Source: Octopus vulgaris (taxonomy: Eukaryota). Taken from it: 64,000 nucleotides of DNA. This document shows, in pieces, positions 13,839-34,466 of the stretch (positions within the stretch are counted from its first letter, which is position 1; every line of letters begins with the position of its first letter). Made by a program: the position numbers and the translations under genes. Location: NCBI GenBank assembly GCA_951406725.2, contig OX597820.1, positions 112,220,001 through 112,284,000 of the forward strand, in the 5' to 3' direction. The notes beneath the pieces are model-generated. The model worked only from the letters and a program-made list of their open reading frames with translations, searched no databases and was not told the origin of the DNA.

Positions 13839-14369
13839 ATATATGCATGTACAGACTTCTATTTCCTCCTGCTTCTTTTACAAGACATAATCTTGATGAT
13901 TGTCTTACCATCCATTTTTCCATGCTTGCAGCCTTCATTTAGGCATATATTCTACGGCTGGATGCGCTTCTTGTTGGCAATTTTTACCTGTTTCTAAGCA
14001 AAGTAATATTTCTTCATGACCAGATGTGTTTATCATGGAAGAGTGGAAACAAATATCGCTTGTTTGATGGTGATGCTCATGTACAAACAACAAATGGTGC
14101 CAAGATAGAACACACATGTACATATACAACCGGCTTCTTTCAATTTCTGCTTACCAAATCCACTCACATGGCTTTGGTCGGCACAGAGCCATAAGAGAAG
14201 ACACTTGCCCTAGGTGTCACATAGTGGGACTGAACCGTAACCGAGAAGTATGCTTCTTGATTATTCAGCCAAGCTTCTCTTTGTGTGTTTACCTACATAC
14301 ACACGTATGATGAGTTGAAATGTCTCGATTAACATTGTTTATATAGTCAACAGACACAACTCCATTTAA

Positions 14370-14588
14370 CCCTTTAGTGTTCAGATTATTCTATCAAACA
14401 TAATGCCTATTGATTCCCATTGATTTGAATTAATCATGCATTATCTCATATCTTCAAGATCTTGATGGTGTAATTACTTAATGTAGAATAACATTGTAGG
14501 GTAGGTGTGAGAGCCTGGATCTGGTCAGTTTGAACATAAAACAGATTAGCTATTTTGGCCGGATATGGCCGGTTTAAATACTAAAGGG
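14370..14588. mobile_element. piggyBac-like MITE
   Basis: TTAA|CCCTTTAGTGTT ... AATACTAAAGGG|TTAA: CCC/GGG termini with TTAA target duplication. Confidence 0.85.
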
Positions 14589-14716
14589 TTAAATAGATAT
14601 AAAATCTAAAAAAAAAAATATATATATATATATATATGCAAGGGGGATACCTTCTATAAAATCAACTAATTGAAGAAAAGTGGGCTTCATTTTTAAAGCC
14701 AACTAATGGAAATAAT

Positions 14717-14748
14717 GACTATGTTTCGGTATTGTTGCACCTCTTCAG
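14717..14748 (-). ncRNA. Minimal hammerhead ribozyme core in a Penelope-like terminal repeat remnant
   Basis: Minus strand reads CUGAAGA-GGUG-caacaa-UACC-GAAAC-aua-GUC. Core and stem II are intact; stem I does not pair. Confidence 0.6.
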
Positions 14749-15352
14749 TGAAGAATACTCTCATTTAATTTAGATGTAGCAAAATTTAGATGTAGCCAGT
14801 GTATATAGAAGTAAAGGGAATGGCGTTGGCTGAAGAAAAGTATCTTAAGAGAGCCTTTTGCATACAGAGTACAAGTACTGTAGGGCCAAGTAGTCTCTGG
14901 GCAAAATCTCACTTCAGGGGTGTTTAAAATTAATAAACAGCAGTATGGCTGCGTGGTTGCGGGTTCACTCTCAGCGCATGGTCGACGGAAGGATTTCTTA
15001 GACCAAAAATGAAAGAAACCCATTGCATGCTTGTGTGCATGTTTACATGTATTTATACATATGTGTGCGTGCGGGCGTATAATATGTATTTTGGTGTTTG
15101 TTTACATTTACGCTTTTCCGAAAATCAAGCAGTGATGTTGTTGTCATATCTCCTCTCAACCAATCATCCGCTGGCTTTGTGTCTTTGAGGACGTATGAAA
15201 TAAGAGATCCCTAACCTGAAAATCAGACAAGGGTAACTACAAGAAGGGGATCCAGCAGTAAAAGAGTGCCTCAACATTCATCTAACCCATGGATGAATGG
15301 AAAAACGAATGTTACAAGAACGAATATATAAATATATATATCCATATATATA

Positions 15353-15399
<47 letters not shown>

Positions 15400-15424
15400 G
15401 TTTTTAAATCAAAGCTGGACCTCT

Positions 15425-15469
<45 letters not shown>

Positions 15470-15472
<3 letters not shown>

Positions 15473-16271
15473 AGGTCCAGCTTTGATTTAAAAACCGCTA
15501 CATCTACTTTGTGCAAGTTCCTCAGACTCTTTGGGAGAATATTAAAAAGCTGTGGGCCCTTGAAACCCAGGCTGTTGCAGAAGCTGGTCCTGAAGCGTGA
15601 TGGCATTGCTGGGATCTTTGGCACTATGCAGTGTCGTCCCATTCTAGCATTGTTGTAGCTTACATTGCCAAAATTTGGCACAATTCCTTCCAGGATCTTC
15701 CAGATATATATTACTGCATACCTCTCCCGTCCTCTCTCCAGGGAGTAGAGTCTTAGCTGTTTCAACCTTTCCCAGTAGCTGGGCTGTTGCAAAAGACCAT
15801 CTTCTTTGTGAATCTTCTCTGGATTGCTTCAAGGTCCGCTGTTAATTTCACACTGGTAGGTGACCATAGCTGTGAGCAGTAATCCAGGCGGCTGAGGACG
15901 AATGTCTGCCAGAGGACCATCATGGTTTCCTTATCTCTGGTTCTGAATGTTCTTAGGATCCACCCAGCCAGTCGTCTGCACTTTGTCGCCATCCTGGTAA
16001 TGTGCACTTGGAAAGAGGTATCATCACTCATGTTGATAACCAGGTCCCTCACAGAATTAGGCTCTGGGATTGAAATTCCCTGTGGACCGGTGTATCCTGT
16101 AAGTTTAATATTCAGTTTTGGATGCTGGTAGTGCAGGGCCTGGAATTTTTCAGCATTAAACTGCATATTATTATCCTCAGCCCATCTGTAGCTTGAGTCC
16201 AACTCCTGCTGCAGGTGTGCAACATCGCTGGGGTTCTGTATTTTCTGCGAGACTTTCGTATCGTCTGCATA
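15470..16271 (-). mobile_element. Internal fragment of a CR1-group LINE ORF2 (RT C-terminal half)
   Basis: YADDTK at 16271, then WAEDNNMQFNAEKFQ, RLDYCSQLWSP, LEAIQRRFTK, a frameshift near 15790, and [28 protein letters not shown]. Confidence 0.92.
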
Positions 16272-16363
16272 TATAAGTATATATATATATCCATATCCAT
16301 ATATATAAATATATATATATCCCTCTCTCTCTTTCGGAGAGGCACTGAGCAGCTAAACGCACA

Positions 16364-16507
16364 CATATACACACGGCAGCAACTTCCACCTACCGAATTC
16401 AATCACAAAGCTCTGGTCGGCTCGAGGCTATAGTGGAAGACACCTACCCAAAGTGCCACGCTGTGGGACTGAACCCGAAACCATGTAGCTAGGAAGCAAG
16501 CTCCCTC

Positions 16508-16510
<3 letters not shown>
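16364..16510 (-). mobile_element. SINE family A, 5' part
   Basis: GGTCGGCTCGAGGCTATAGTGGAAGACAC..GTGCCACGCTGTGGGACTGAACCCG. Confidence 0.85.
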
Positions 16511-18257
<1,747 letters not shown>

Positions 18258-18470
18258 ATTTTATTTTATTTATTAGGGAATAAAAATTCCAGCATCATAG
18301 GGATTTAAATAAAATGAATTATTCTCAATGAGGAAATATAAGTTATTTAGAGATAGCAGACCCTATCCTCACACCATATAAAAGAATTTTATTTTAATAC
18401 TTACTACTCATTTCTAAATTTCTCTGCTACACATGATTCTTCAGGTTCTTTTACCATTCCTTAAGCTATG

Positions 18471-18797
18471 TATGGCTGTGTGGTAATTAGCTTGCTTAAC
18501 AACCACATGGATCCGGGTTCATTCACTCTGCGTGGCACCTTGGGAAAGTGTCTTCTACTATAGCCTCGGGCCTACCAAACCGTTGTGAGTGGATTTGGTA
18601 GATGGAAATTGAAAGAAGCCCATTGTATATATGTATGTGTGTGTGTATGTTTGTGTCCGTGTTTGTCCACCCACTATTGCTTGACAACCAATAAGTACTA
18701 GGCTTACAAAGAATAAGTCCTAGGGTCTATTTACTCGATTAAAGGCAGTGCTCCAGCATGGCCGCAGTCAAAATGACTGAAACGAGTAAAAGGGTAA
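18471..18797 (+). mobile_element. SINE family A with internal deletion
   Basis: Collinear with the 9164 copy but lacks the segment between GACAACC and AATAAGTACT. Confidence 0.9.
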
Positions 18798-18802
18798 AGA
18801 TA

Positions 18803-18849
<47 letters not shown>

Positions 18850-19640
18850 CATATATAATCACCTAACTGTCCGGATATTTTACGTTCTTGTCCCATTTTG
18901 TATTATATATATATATATATATATATATAGCGGCGTATGTACACGTTGGTCTCTTATATGTAAGTATACATTTTTCTAAATCTTGTACGACTCTATTTCT
19001 GTCTATCAGCACTTTCACGCTTATTCGTTCATTCCACTCTTCGTTCCCCCTCTCTCACATTTCTTTGCCTTCTCTTCTTGCTCACTTTCCCTCCACTTTT
19101 CACTTCACTGTGTCCCTGTCGTTTTTTCTCCCCCCCTCCTTAATTCTTCTGTCCATCTGCTTCAACTTCTCTTCCCACGTGACCGGCATTCGGCCAAGCC
19201 TTTTCTTTCTTTCTTGGTCTGGCTGTTGTTCGTGCAACATCGATATTCTTCCCTGTCTTTGTGAAATCTTGTATCCCTGTCATAAAGCTTCATTTCCACA
19301 CACGCCAACTTAATTTAATTCCTCCTTAGTTGAAAGACACCTGTTGTTATTATTATTATTTTTATTGTATTTGTGTAACGTTGTCTGTCTTATTCCGTCC
19401 TTGTTATTGCTGCATTCTTCCAAGGAATCTAATGCTCTTAGCTTAGTTTTTTCTTGGGGCTGGCCAGATTGGAGCAATCAGCAGAAATTGCAAAGATAAT
19501 CTGGTACTTGACTGAGGAAAGAAAACTTCGAATGACTCATCCTTTTTTTTTTTGTATCGCCTATCTGGATGTTTTGTTGTCCCATTTTTGTATCACCTAA
19601 CTGTCCAGATGTTTTGCGTTCTTGTTCCATTTTGTATTAT
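18850..19640 (+). mobile_element. Penelope-like 3' region with partial terminal repeat
   Basis: ATCACCTAACTGTCC.GAT.TTTT.CGTTCTTGT.CCATTTTGTATTAT occurs at ~18858-18907 and ~19592-19640, each followed by TA. Decayed hammerhead-like CTGAGGA-AAG-aaaa-CTT-CGAA at 19512. Confidence 0.55.
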
Positions 19641-19679
19641 ATATATATATATATATATCTCCATATATGTATGTATATA

Positions 19680-19773
19680 TCATCATCATCATCATCATCA
19701 TCATTTAGCGTCCGTTTTCCATGCTAGCATGGGTTGGACGGTTCAACTGGGGTCTGGGGAGCCCGAAGGCTGC
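19680..19773 (-). mobile_element. RTE-type 3' end with (GAT)n tail
   Basis: Matches 59280-59360 (CCGTCCAACCCATGCTAGCATGGAAAACGGACGCTAAA-GATGATG). Confidence 0.85.
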
Positions 19774-19774
19774 G

Positions 19775-26945
<7,171 letters not shown>

Positions 26946-27235
26946 GTATCTAGCCAGTTGAGTAGAATATACTTCCCTGAGGAGATGAAATAAAACCAAA
27001 ACATGTGAATTGCTTGAACTAGTTTGCTTTAAAAACAAGATCCGCCGTCAGCACTGTAAGTTTTGATTAGAAATTTTGGTTATTTAACTTTACCAGAATT
27101 ATTTCTTTTCGTTTGTTTTTAAATTTTGAATATCCCCAGAGTGAGTTTTTATCTACTGATTACATACACAATCCCAGTTAAAAGAAGTTTTTAATTCAGT
27201 GTATGATGGATGTGAAACATATTTCTATTGGCATA

Positions 27236-27588
27236 TCGTGGCACTCTGTCGGTTACGACGACGGGGGTTCCAGTTGATCCGATCAACGGAACAGCCTGCT
27301 CGTGAAATTAACGTGCAAGTGACTGAGCACTCCACAGACATGTGTACCCTTAACGTAGTTTTCGGGGAAATACAGCGTGACACATAGTGTGACAAGGCTG
27401 GCCCCCTGAAATACAGGTAGAACAGAAACAGGAAGAAAGAGAGAAGGTTGTGTGAAAGAGTACAGCAGGGTTCGCCACCACTTCCCGCTGGAGCCTCTGA
27501 AGCTTTAAGGTGTTTTCGCTCAATAAACACTTACAACGATCCTACGATCGCGAATCTGCTGCCCTAATCACTGGGTCATTGCACCTCC
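27236..27588 (-). mobile_element. SINE with family C head and a different 3' domain
   Basis: 27430-27588 matches 8250-8436. The 3' domain at 27236-27420 recurs in decayed form at 28130-28215, 31360-31525 and 44030-44125. Confidence 0.85.
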
Positions 27589-27879
27589 ACTATTGAGATT
27601 TTTTACTGAATATGTGTTTTAAATTTATGTTAAGAAGTTTGCTTCGCAACCGTAAGTTATCGGGTTCGATCCTACTACGTAGCATCTTGGGCAAATGTAA
27701 ATCTCTATAGCCTCGAGTTAACTCGTACGTCGTGAATGAAATTGCATAGACAATAATTGTATAGAAACCCATCGCGTGGATTGTACTTTTAATTCAAAAG
27801 CTATAACGTCTGTCTGTCTCTCTTACACACACACACACACTGATTCTGCCTGAGAATTGCGTTATAGGTACGTTAGGCC

Positions 27880-28128
27880 CGGGCGTGGTAAGAAGTTTGT
27901 TTCTCAACCACATAGTTCTGGGTTCAGTCCTACTGGGTTCAGTCCTTGAGCAAGTGTGCCCCTCACGGCTTGCCAACTAGTGTTGTTTTGTTTACGTCCT
28001 TGTTACCTTAGCGGTTCAGCAAAAAGTAAACGATAAAATTAGTACCAATTTCGAAAAAATGTACTGGTGTCAGTTTCAAAGTCGTGCTCCGTCATGGCCG
28101 CAGTCTAATGCCTGAAACTAGTAAAAGA
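27880..28128 (+). mobile_element. Diverged SINE family A
   Basis: GTGGTAAGAAGTTTG..AACCACATAGTTCTGGGTTCAGTCC..CATGGCCGCAGTCTAATGCCTGAAAC. Confidence 0.75.
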
Positions 28129-29209
28129 ATGTCTGTTGAATGTTCAGTCACTTTACGTTAATTCAGGAGCATGATGGAACAACTGAATTTTCATCGACGA
28201 ACGATGGAGAACCGCCATAGATTGGTAGTAGATTCATTCTTTATCGTTTTCAACTTCACTGGTGAACTTGTATTAAGAAAAATGTGAATTACCGAAAATA
28301 TAGGGATCGTTTGTGTGAATGTGTGCAGGTACACGTAGAGGAGAGACCATTTCGACTGAGGTCTTTCCGGGAGAGTTTCACATTATTCCCAGGTGGCGTG
28401 ATCTCTGCCTTTCCAACATGGTGATCCTACCAAGAGGACCCGACCTTCTCCATCAAACCACCGCTATCATTTCCACTATCGACACGAAATCTACTAAAGT
28501 TACCGTTATGACAAGACCACCACCTTCATCACTGTTACTTTTATTCCCATTCCTGTCACTATCCCCGACAACACAGCACGAATCGCTGGCATATCTTGAT
28601 CCTCGACCTGGTAAAAATAACACCCAAATTTCTTTGAAATTTGAAAAGGACTGACTATCTGTATAGATAAGATAGTCACAGATTGGAATGCCTTTGGTCG
28701 GGTTTAACATAGAAACTGGCCAACCTGTTACTAAGTCGGTATATTTGATCACGGTTGACCGAGGTTAACAAAAACACTTGCTGTCGTTGTCACCACGGTT
28801 GCTACTGCTTTTACTGTTTCTTAGAGGTCAGGAAAGGGTCGATGATGATAAATAATATCCTTTAGCTGCAAGACTGATGACATGATTAATTCTCCTTTCT
28901 TAGAGTGACCTTTAACCTCTAAAACCTGCTCTATTTTAACTGCTTTTTTTTCCATCACAAACACTTGTTCGGTTTCTCATCCTTGATTATTGGTTTCAAT
29001 CTGAAAAAAAAAAAAAAAAAAAAAATCAAGCAGCAACTTAAAGTGTGGATATGTTAGTGCGCGCGTTATATCTAAGTTGACAGTTTACTCTTAGTTTCAC
29101 CGTTAGCTGAGCAGCGGTGACCAGCTCCCATCCAACCGAACTTATCGAGTTGTATATCATTTAATGTTTGCATTGTGAGATATGTCATTGATATATTACT
29201 GTTAATTAC

Positions 29210-29241
<32 letters not shown>

Positions 29242-29242
29242 C

Positions 29243-29657
29243 GGATCTTTTTCGGTTTGACCGGCAGTTTTTTAAAATAATTTCCACTTAACTAAACACT
29301 TTTAAACTTCGTATACTGGTAGAATGTGTTTATAAAACATCTTTTTCTTTTGACTTTATTGAGAAAATTCTATAGTTTGTAAGATATTTGTTGTTTTTTT
29401 TCTTCAATTTCTGCAATTTCAACCAATCAATGACATCTTTTGAGGTGAAAACATTCTGTGCTGTATGAATATGTCCATCGTTTAAGAAACAGATTGAATT
29501 TATTTACACTTTTGAAGAAAAAAAGATACCCTTCCCCCACTAACCCTAACCCTAAAACAGATTGAAATGCAATAGATCGATAGCAGGGTTATAATTATGG
29601 GTGACAATTTCATATGACACCGTTAGAAAAAAACTGCCGGTCAAACCGAAAAGATCC
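29243..29657. mobile_element. MITE with ~30-bp TIRs
   Basis: GGATCTTTTTCGGTTTGACCGGCAGTTTTTT ... AAAAAACTGCCGGTCAAACCGAAAAGATCC. Flanks CACAGTTTC/CATTGCTTC match 6 of 9. Internal CTAACCCTAACCCTAA. Confidence 0.85.
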
Positions 29658-31686
29658 CATTGCTTCCATTACACAGACATACAAACACGTGTGCATAGGA
29701 AATCTTGTGAGAAATAAAAATATCAGATACAACATACCTTAACTACTTTGTACTCTACAGAATCAAGCACCGAGCATATTGAAAACGAACCAGAGAGCCT
29801 GCTCGACTTGGTAGGAATAGCAGCCAAATCTTCATCAAATTACTCACACTTTCCTCTTAAAAGGGAAAAGATATATTTGACCTTGTTGTACATATCGGAT
29901 GGTCATACTCGGGACACCCTTGATTATAGTAAACTTGTCCTGGCAAGGCAAAGCAATCACAATGCAAAAATGCAAGCAATTTCTACATTGCATTTCACAA
30001 CTACTCTTGCAGTCTCTCTCTCCTTGTCCATGTTTTTTTTTCCGGTAGGCTAAGAAAAACTCATTATTCTACAGAAATTCTGATTAATGATCAACTGCAT
30101 TAACTTCATTTACCTCCCGAGGCCAGAAACCATATCAAAACAAAACAATTATACACACAAATGGATACCGTATGGATATGCTGCATAACAGATTTTACAT
30201 TCTACACACGGTGAGTTCCCTAGTTCAATCTCAACTGCATGGCATATTTGAGGGTAGGGGGTAGTCGAAGTTTCCCTACGGCCAAGCGTTGTGAGTAAAA
30301 TAAGTTGACGGGAGCTGTGTGAAAGTATGTCGGATGGATTGTATCCGTAATAGACAGTTTCACGCTAATTCTGCGTGAAGATTACGGTGAGATGCACGGG
30401 CGAAACTCCAAAGTAGCAAGAGACTGACTTGACACAGATAAAAATATTAACCTCTACTATCGCATTGAGTACTTTTACTTCCGATGGTCAACACTAAACG
30501 GATGGGTTTATCCGTCCATCGTCTCCCCCTACCGCCATTGTGTCATGTCTCATTGTATCGGTAACTTGACAGTTCTTTCTTTTGACTGTCATTTCTTTTT
30601 TACTCACATCAGTAGACAGACTGTCGTTGCTATTGTTTCATTCAAGGTGAACATTTCACTGAACAGACCAGACTGGTTTGTGATCAATGACAACTTTGCT
30701 GTCTTTCATTTTTTTTATTAATATTCAGGTCTAGGTTTTTTTTTTTACTCTTTATACTCCAACACAGACCACCACTATATCACTCTGATTTTAGTTTTAT
30801 TTTCTTCATATTATCATGTGTCCCCACCCCACTTCATAATAGAGAGTTGTCTCAAGCGACGTTAAAAATAAAATTTTTAGTTTTAGGAAAATTACTTTTC
30901 AGTGTTAGGACAGAGAGAGTTAATGTTTTCTAACTTAGACTCAAGGCCGATGCACTAACGGATTCGCTCGCTCGCGGAGAGATGACTTGTTGCTATTAAG
31001 ATTATAATACTCCGGATTAACAAACTTATCTTTAGAGTGTATATTTACAAAATCTATACCTATACAATGGCCGATCTCCAAAACCTCTTGATTATCAGAT
31101 CAAACTGATTATCAGTTAGGGTAGGCGTTAGATATACAGACACACACTCTAAAGACGACGTTAATAACGTGGAAAATTATAATCTGTTTGTTTTTCGTTG
31201 ACCATAACTCTTTGTTTATATGCACAGTAAGGTTGAATGGTTAAGAAGTTCGCTTCAGAAGCACGAAGTCTCAGCTTCGATTCTACTGCGTGGCATCTCG
31301 GGCAAATATTTTCTATACTCTCTTGTGAGTAAAACTGGATAGACGGAAGCTGTAGAGAAGCCCATCTGATGGATTGTGCCTGTAATTCAAAAGGTTCAGC
31401 CTTGTCACAGATGGTCATGTTGATTCTGCCTGAAAATTGCTTTACGGCCACACGTCTGTGGAACATTCAGCCACCTTGATTCGGGACCAGGTAATTCAGT
31501 TGATCGAACAATGGAGATCCATCACCACTTAAATGTATGAATGAATTTTTATTTAGCAACTTATTTTTACAGGAAGAAAAGAACGAAAAGTAACATTAAA
31601 AGTATAAAAGATTAATTTATCGAGAGAAAAAAAAAGGTGGTGGTGAGGAATTAAATAACAAAAGAGGGTTGTTCACCCCAGACCAA

Positions 31687-31875
31687 ATGGTGTGTTCAAG
31701 CCGCAACCTCACGATCATAATTACAAAGAGAATAAGCCAGCGACACTCGTTGCAACATCGATCCTCTAGTTTTAGTTTGTTTCTCTTTCCGAGCAATACA
31801 TGTCGTCTGTCAGCTCCTCTCACTGTGTTACTTGTTATCGTGTGCTGTTGGCCTACTTTATTTTCTGTGAAGTTG
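31687..31875 (+). CDS. Candidate first coding exon (exon 31573-31875) encoding a signal-peptide/anchor-like N-terminus
   Basis: Acceptor TTATTTTTACAG ends at 31572. ATG at 31687 opens 63 codons ending PLTVLLVIVCCWPTLFSVKL, directly followed by the donor GTGAGT at 31876. Non-repetitive context. No homology recognised. Confidence 0.4.
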
Positions 31876-32159
31876 GTGAGTTTGGCTGGAACTTATCCAA
31901 ATTCAGAAACTTCAATGTATATATTTTTTTTACCGATGTAGACAACCTTCAGTTCCTTAGTTCGGACTGTGTTTATCACCTAATTTACTCATTACTGTGT
32001 ATTCCAGCATCATCACCGTATCATAACAGTGTATCTCTTTCGAATATCTATTGGCTAATGATTGATTTAGGTGCAGGCTTTAGCTTAGGGTCTTAATTTC
32101 TGTGAGATTTCCTTAGTGTAAAATTTCTTTTTACAAGAACCTAAGCTAAAGCCTGCACC

Positions 32160-32385
32160 TAAAAATTCAAAGTGGACTAAACCTTTCATATCCCACCAAA
32201 CAGATAACAATATCTTATGTGGGTGAAGACTTTCTTTTGACCGGGGTGGTGTGTTTCTCCTTTCCCTTTTATAAAGAATCCATTTCTCGTCACCAGTCAC
32301 TATTCGGTCGAGAAAAGGTTCATTCGTGAGACGTGCCAGCAAAGAAGAGCACACATCCACTCTCTGCGCGCGATTGAACTCGGAA
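32160..32385 (-). mobile_element. Mariner transposase fragment
   Basis: FLDRIVTGDEKWILY (first catalytic D) and LHPHKILLSVWWDMKGLVHFE; internally deleted. Confidence 0.92.
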
Positions 32386-32859
32386 ACTGACGGCTCGTAG
32401 ATAAAATTAGTGGGGGTGCTGCTTCAGAAAATTTTTAGCCATTGTGTAAAAGGAAAGAAACATAAAAAAATTTATACATAAACTTGATCGGTTCACGATT
32501 TAGCCACTGCCGCGTAGTGTGTTTAACTCGTTCACTGAACATCGCTGTAAATTCCCCCTTGTTTTTCAAAAATCCCTCCTAAATCTCAAAATAAGGGAAG
32601 AAAATCTGCCCTATTTTTCAAATTATGGCAGCAACACTGTAGCTGGAAGCAGGATAATAATCTAATTCTACACTATCACATTCAAGAAGAATGTAAACAC
32701 GTTTTAAAGCACAACGCACGCGGAGTCAAAAAGAAACACTACCTTTCACTACCACACCAGGGTGAACCATATTTTTAATTTTATTTTTTTCGTATTATGT
32801 GTCCCCACATGTTTTTGTATTGTCCCCTCTATGTTGGCCCTTTGTGGGTGATTAAGAAT

Positions 32860-33270
32860 TAACTTATTCTTAGTGCAAATTTTGAAGAGTGCAGTTCGAT
32901 TTTAACAAATCTTGCCGTCCTCCACTTTCTTATTTTATTGAGCAGTTCCTTGTCCACACCTTCAACCATCATACACGCGAAACAATTTTCAGTGTTGACC
33001 CATGTGTGTTTGTATTTCTTTTTTTCTCTTGCTTTGTGTAGGAAGGGAATGGGTGGGTTTGGTGTCTGTGGGGGGATGGTTTGGGATTCTACTTCACTCT
33101 GTCCTTCCTTTTTCTTCCTTCTGCTACTATCCACTGTTCTTTGTTTCTCTTTTCTTCCTGTTGCACCTTCTCCGGCTCCTTTCCAACTTCCTCCTGACCT
33201 CTCTGCTTCTGTAGAGGGCAGTGTGCTCTAATGTGATCGTTTTGGCCACATTTAAAGCAACGAGGGGTTC
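32860..33270 (-). mobile_element. Decayed retroelement ORF1/Gag fragment with zinc knuckle
   Basis: CFKCGQNDHIRAHC is CX2CX4HX4C, followed by K/E-rich sequence with frameshifts. Confidence 0.65.
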
Positions 33271-33296
33271 GCATTATTTATGGGATGACCCAATAG
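33271..33296 (-). mobile_element. Probable solo mariner TIR
   Basis: TATTGGGTCATCCCATAAATAATGCG resembles the TA-TTRGGT..TAAT(T)GCG pattern of mariner termini and has the same orientation as the 32160-32385 transposase piece. Confidence 0.5.
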
Positions 33297-34434
33297 TTTG
33301 TATATTGAAACCTACTCCTTTGTTATGCACCTTCATTGTGAAAGTTTGAAGTATAAATAAACGTACATCGTCCTCTAAAATTAACTGGAATTGTAATATT
33401 TATCGGATGATATTGCAAAATATTGTGTTAAGATATTGGTTACAATGGTTCTTTAGCCTGAGAACAATCACAACCAAACAGATTTATGATTAAAGGCATT
33501 CTAGCCGTGGTAACCTCGTCTTCCCTTATTGTAGTGTCCACATAATGGTGTGAAGGGATTATTGACGGGGTCACGATGTGAGTGATCCTTTCTTGACTCC
33601 TTTAAGCAACTGATTCAGAGAGAGAGAGAGAGAAATAAAGAAATCGAATCTAGTACTTCATTAAAATTTGACTTGTTCCCCTAAAAACTGAAAGGTGAAG
33701 TCGACCTCTGTGGGATTTGAACTCGAAACTCAGAGAGTCTGAATAATAGTAAAATATTCTGTCCGACTCTGGCAGTTCGCTGCCTTATAAAATAAAATAT
33801 ATCCTCGCACAAATTCATAAAATTATGACAGAATATAGGCCTTGTGAATTCATTTCGTATAACATATTTTTGTAGTTTTACTCTAAAAGAATTTTGGGTT
33901 TATTACCTCCATAGGGGTTAGACTAATAACGAAAATATTGCGAAGCTTCCATTCAGCTGCTATGCAGACGAAAACCACAGACTGTTAAATTATTTCTAAG
34001 CTTTTGTTATCTACATTAGACATGCTGACATTTTCTTCCATGCGTCGCTGAATAATTTTCTCTCTAAACAGTTCTATTTTTCTACGTCAATACATTTTTG
34101 TTCATTTCCTTAGTGATTCTCCCATCACTACTTCGGCAGGTACTATGAAGTCTGTGCTTCGCTGATGAGGTCATAAGACTGAATGTGTCAAGAGTTGTCT
34201 CCCGTACTTACTAAAGGAAGCAAAATATTGTTAGTCGTCAACGACTGATATTTTTCCTCACCGCATAATTATTTCCATTTAGCTTTAAATACTTCATGCA
34301 TTGTCAAGATGTTATCTCGTGGCGTAGATTTACCAATTAGTAATTGCGGATAATTACATAACACACCATGCTTCATATAAGAATGTATTTTCAACTTTGT
34401 TCCAAAACAATTTCGTGTTGTCCCAATTCACGTT

Positions 34435-34466
<32 letters not shown>

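Noticed and set aside
26970-27055. CTGAGGA..GTC as a functional hammerhead
   Set aside because: No usable stem II/GAAAC arrangement; at most a decayed remnant.
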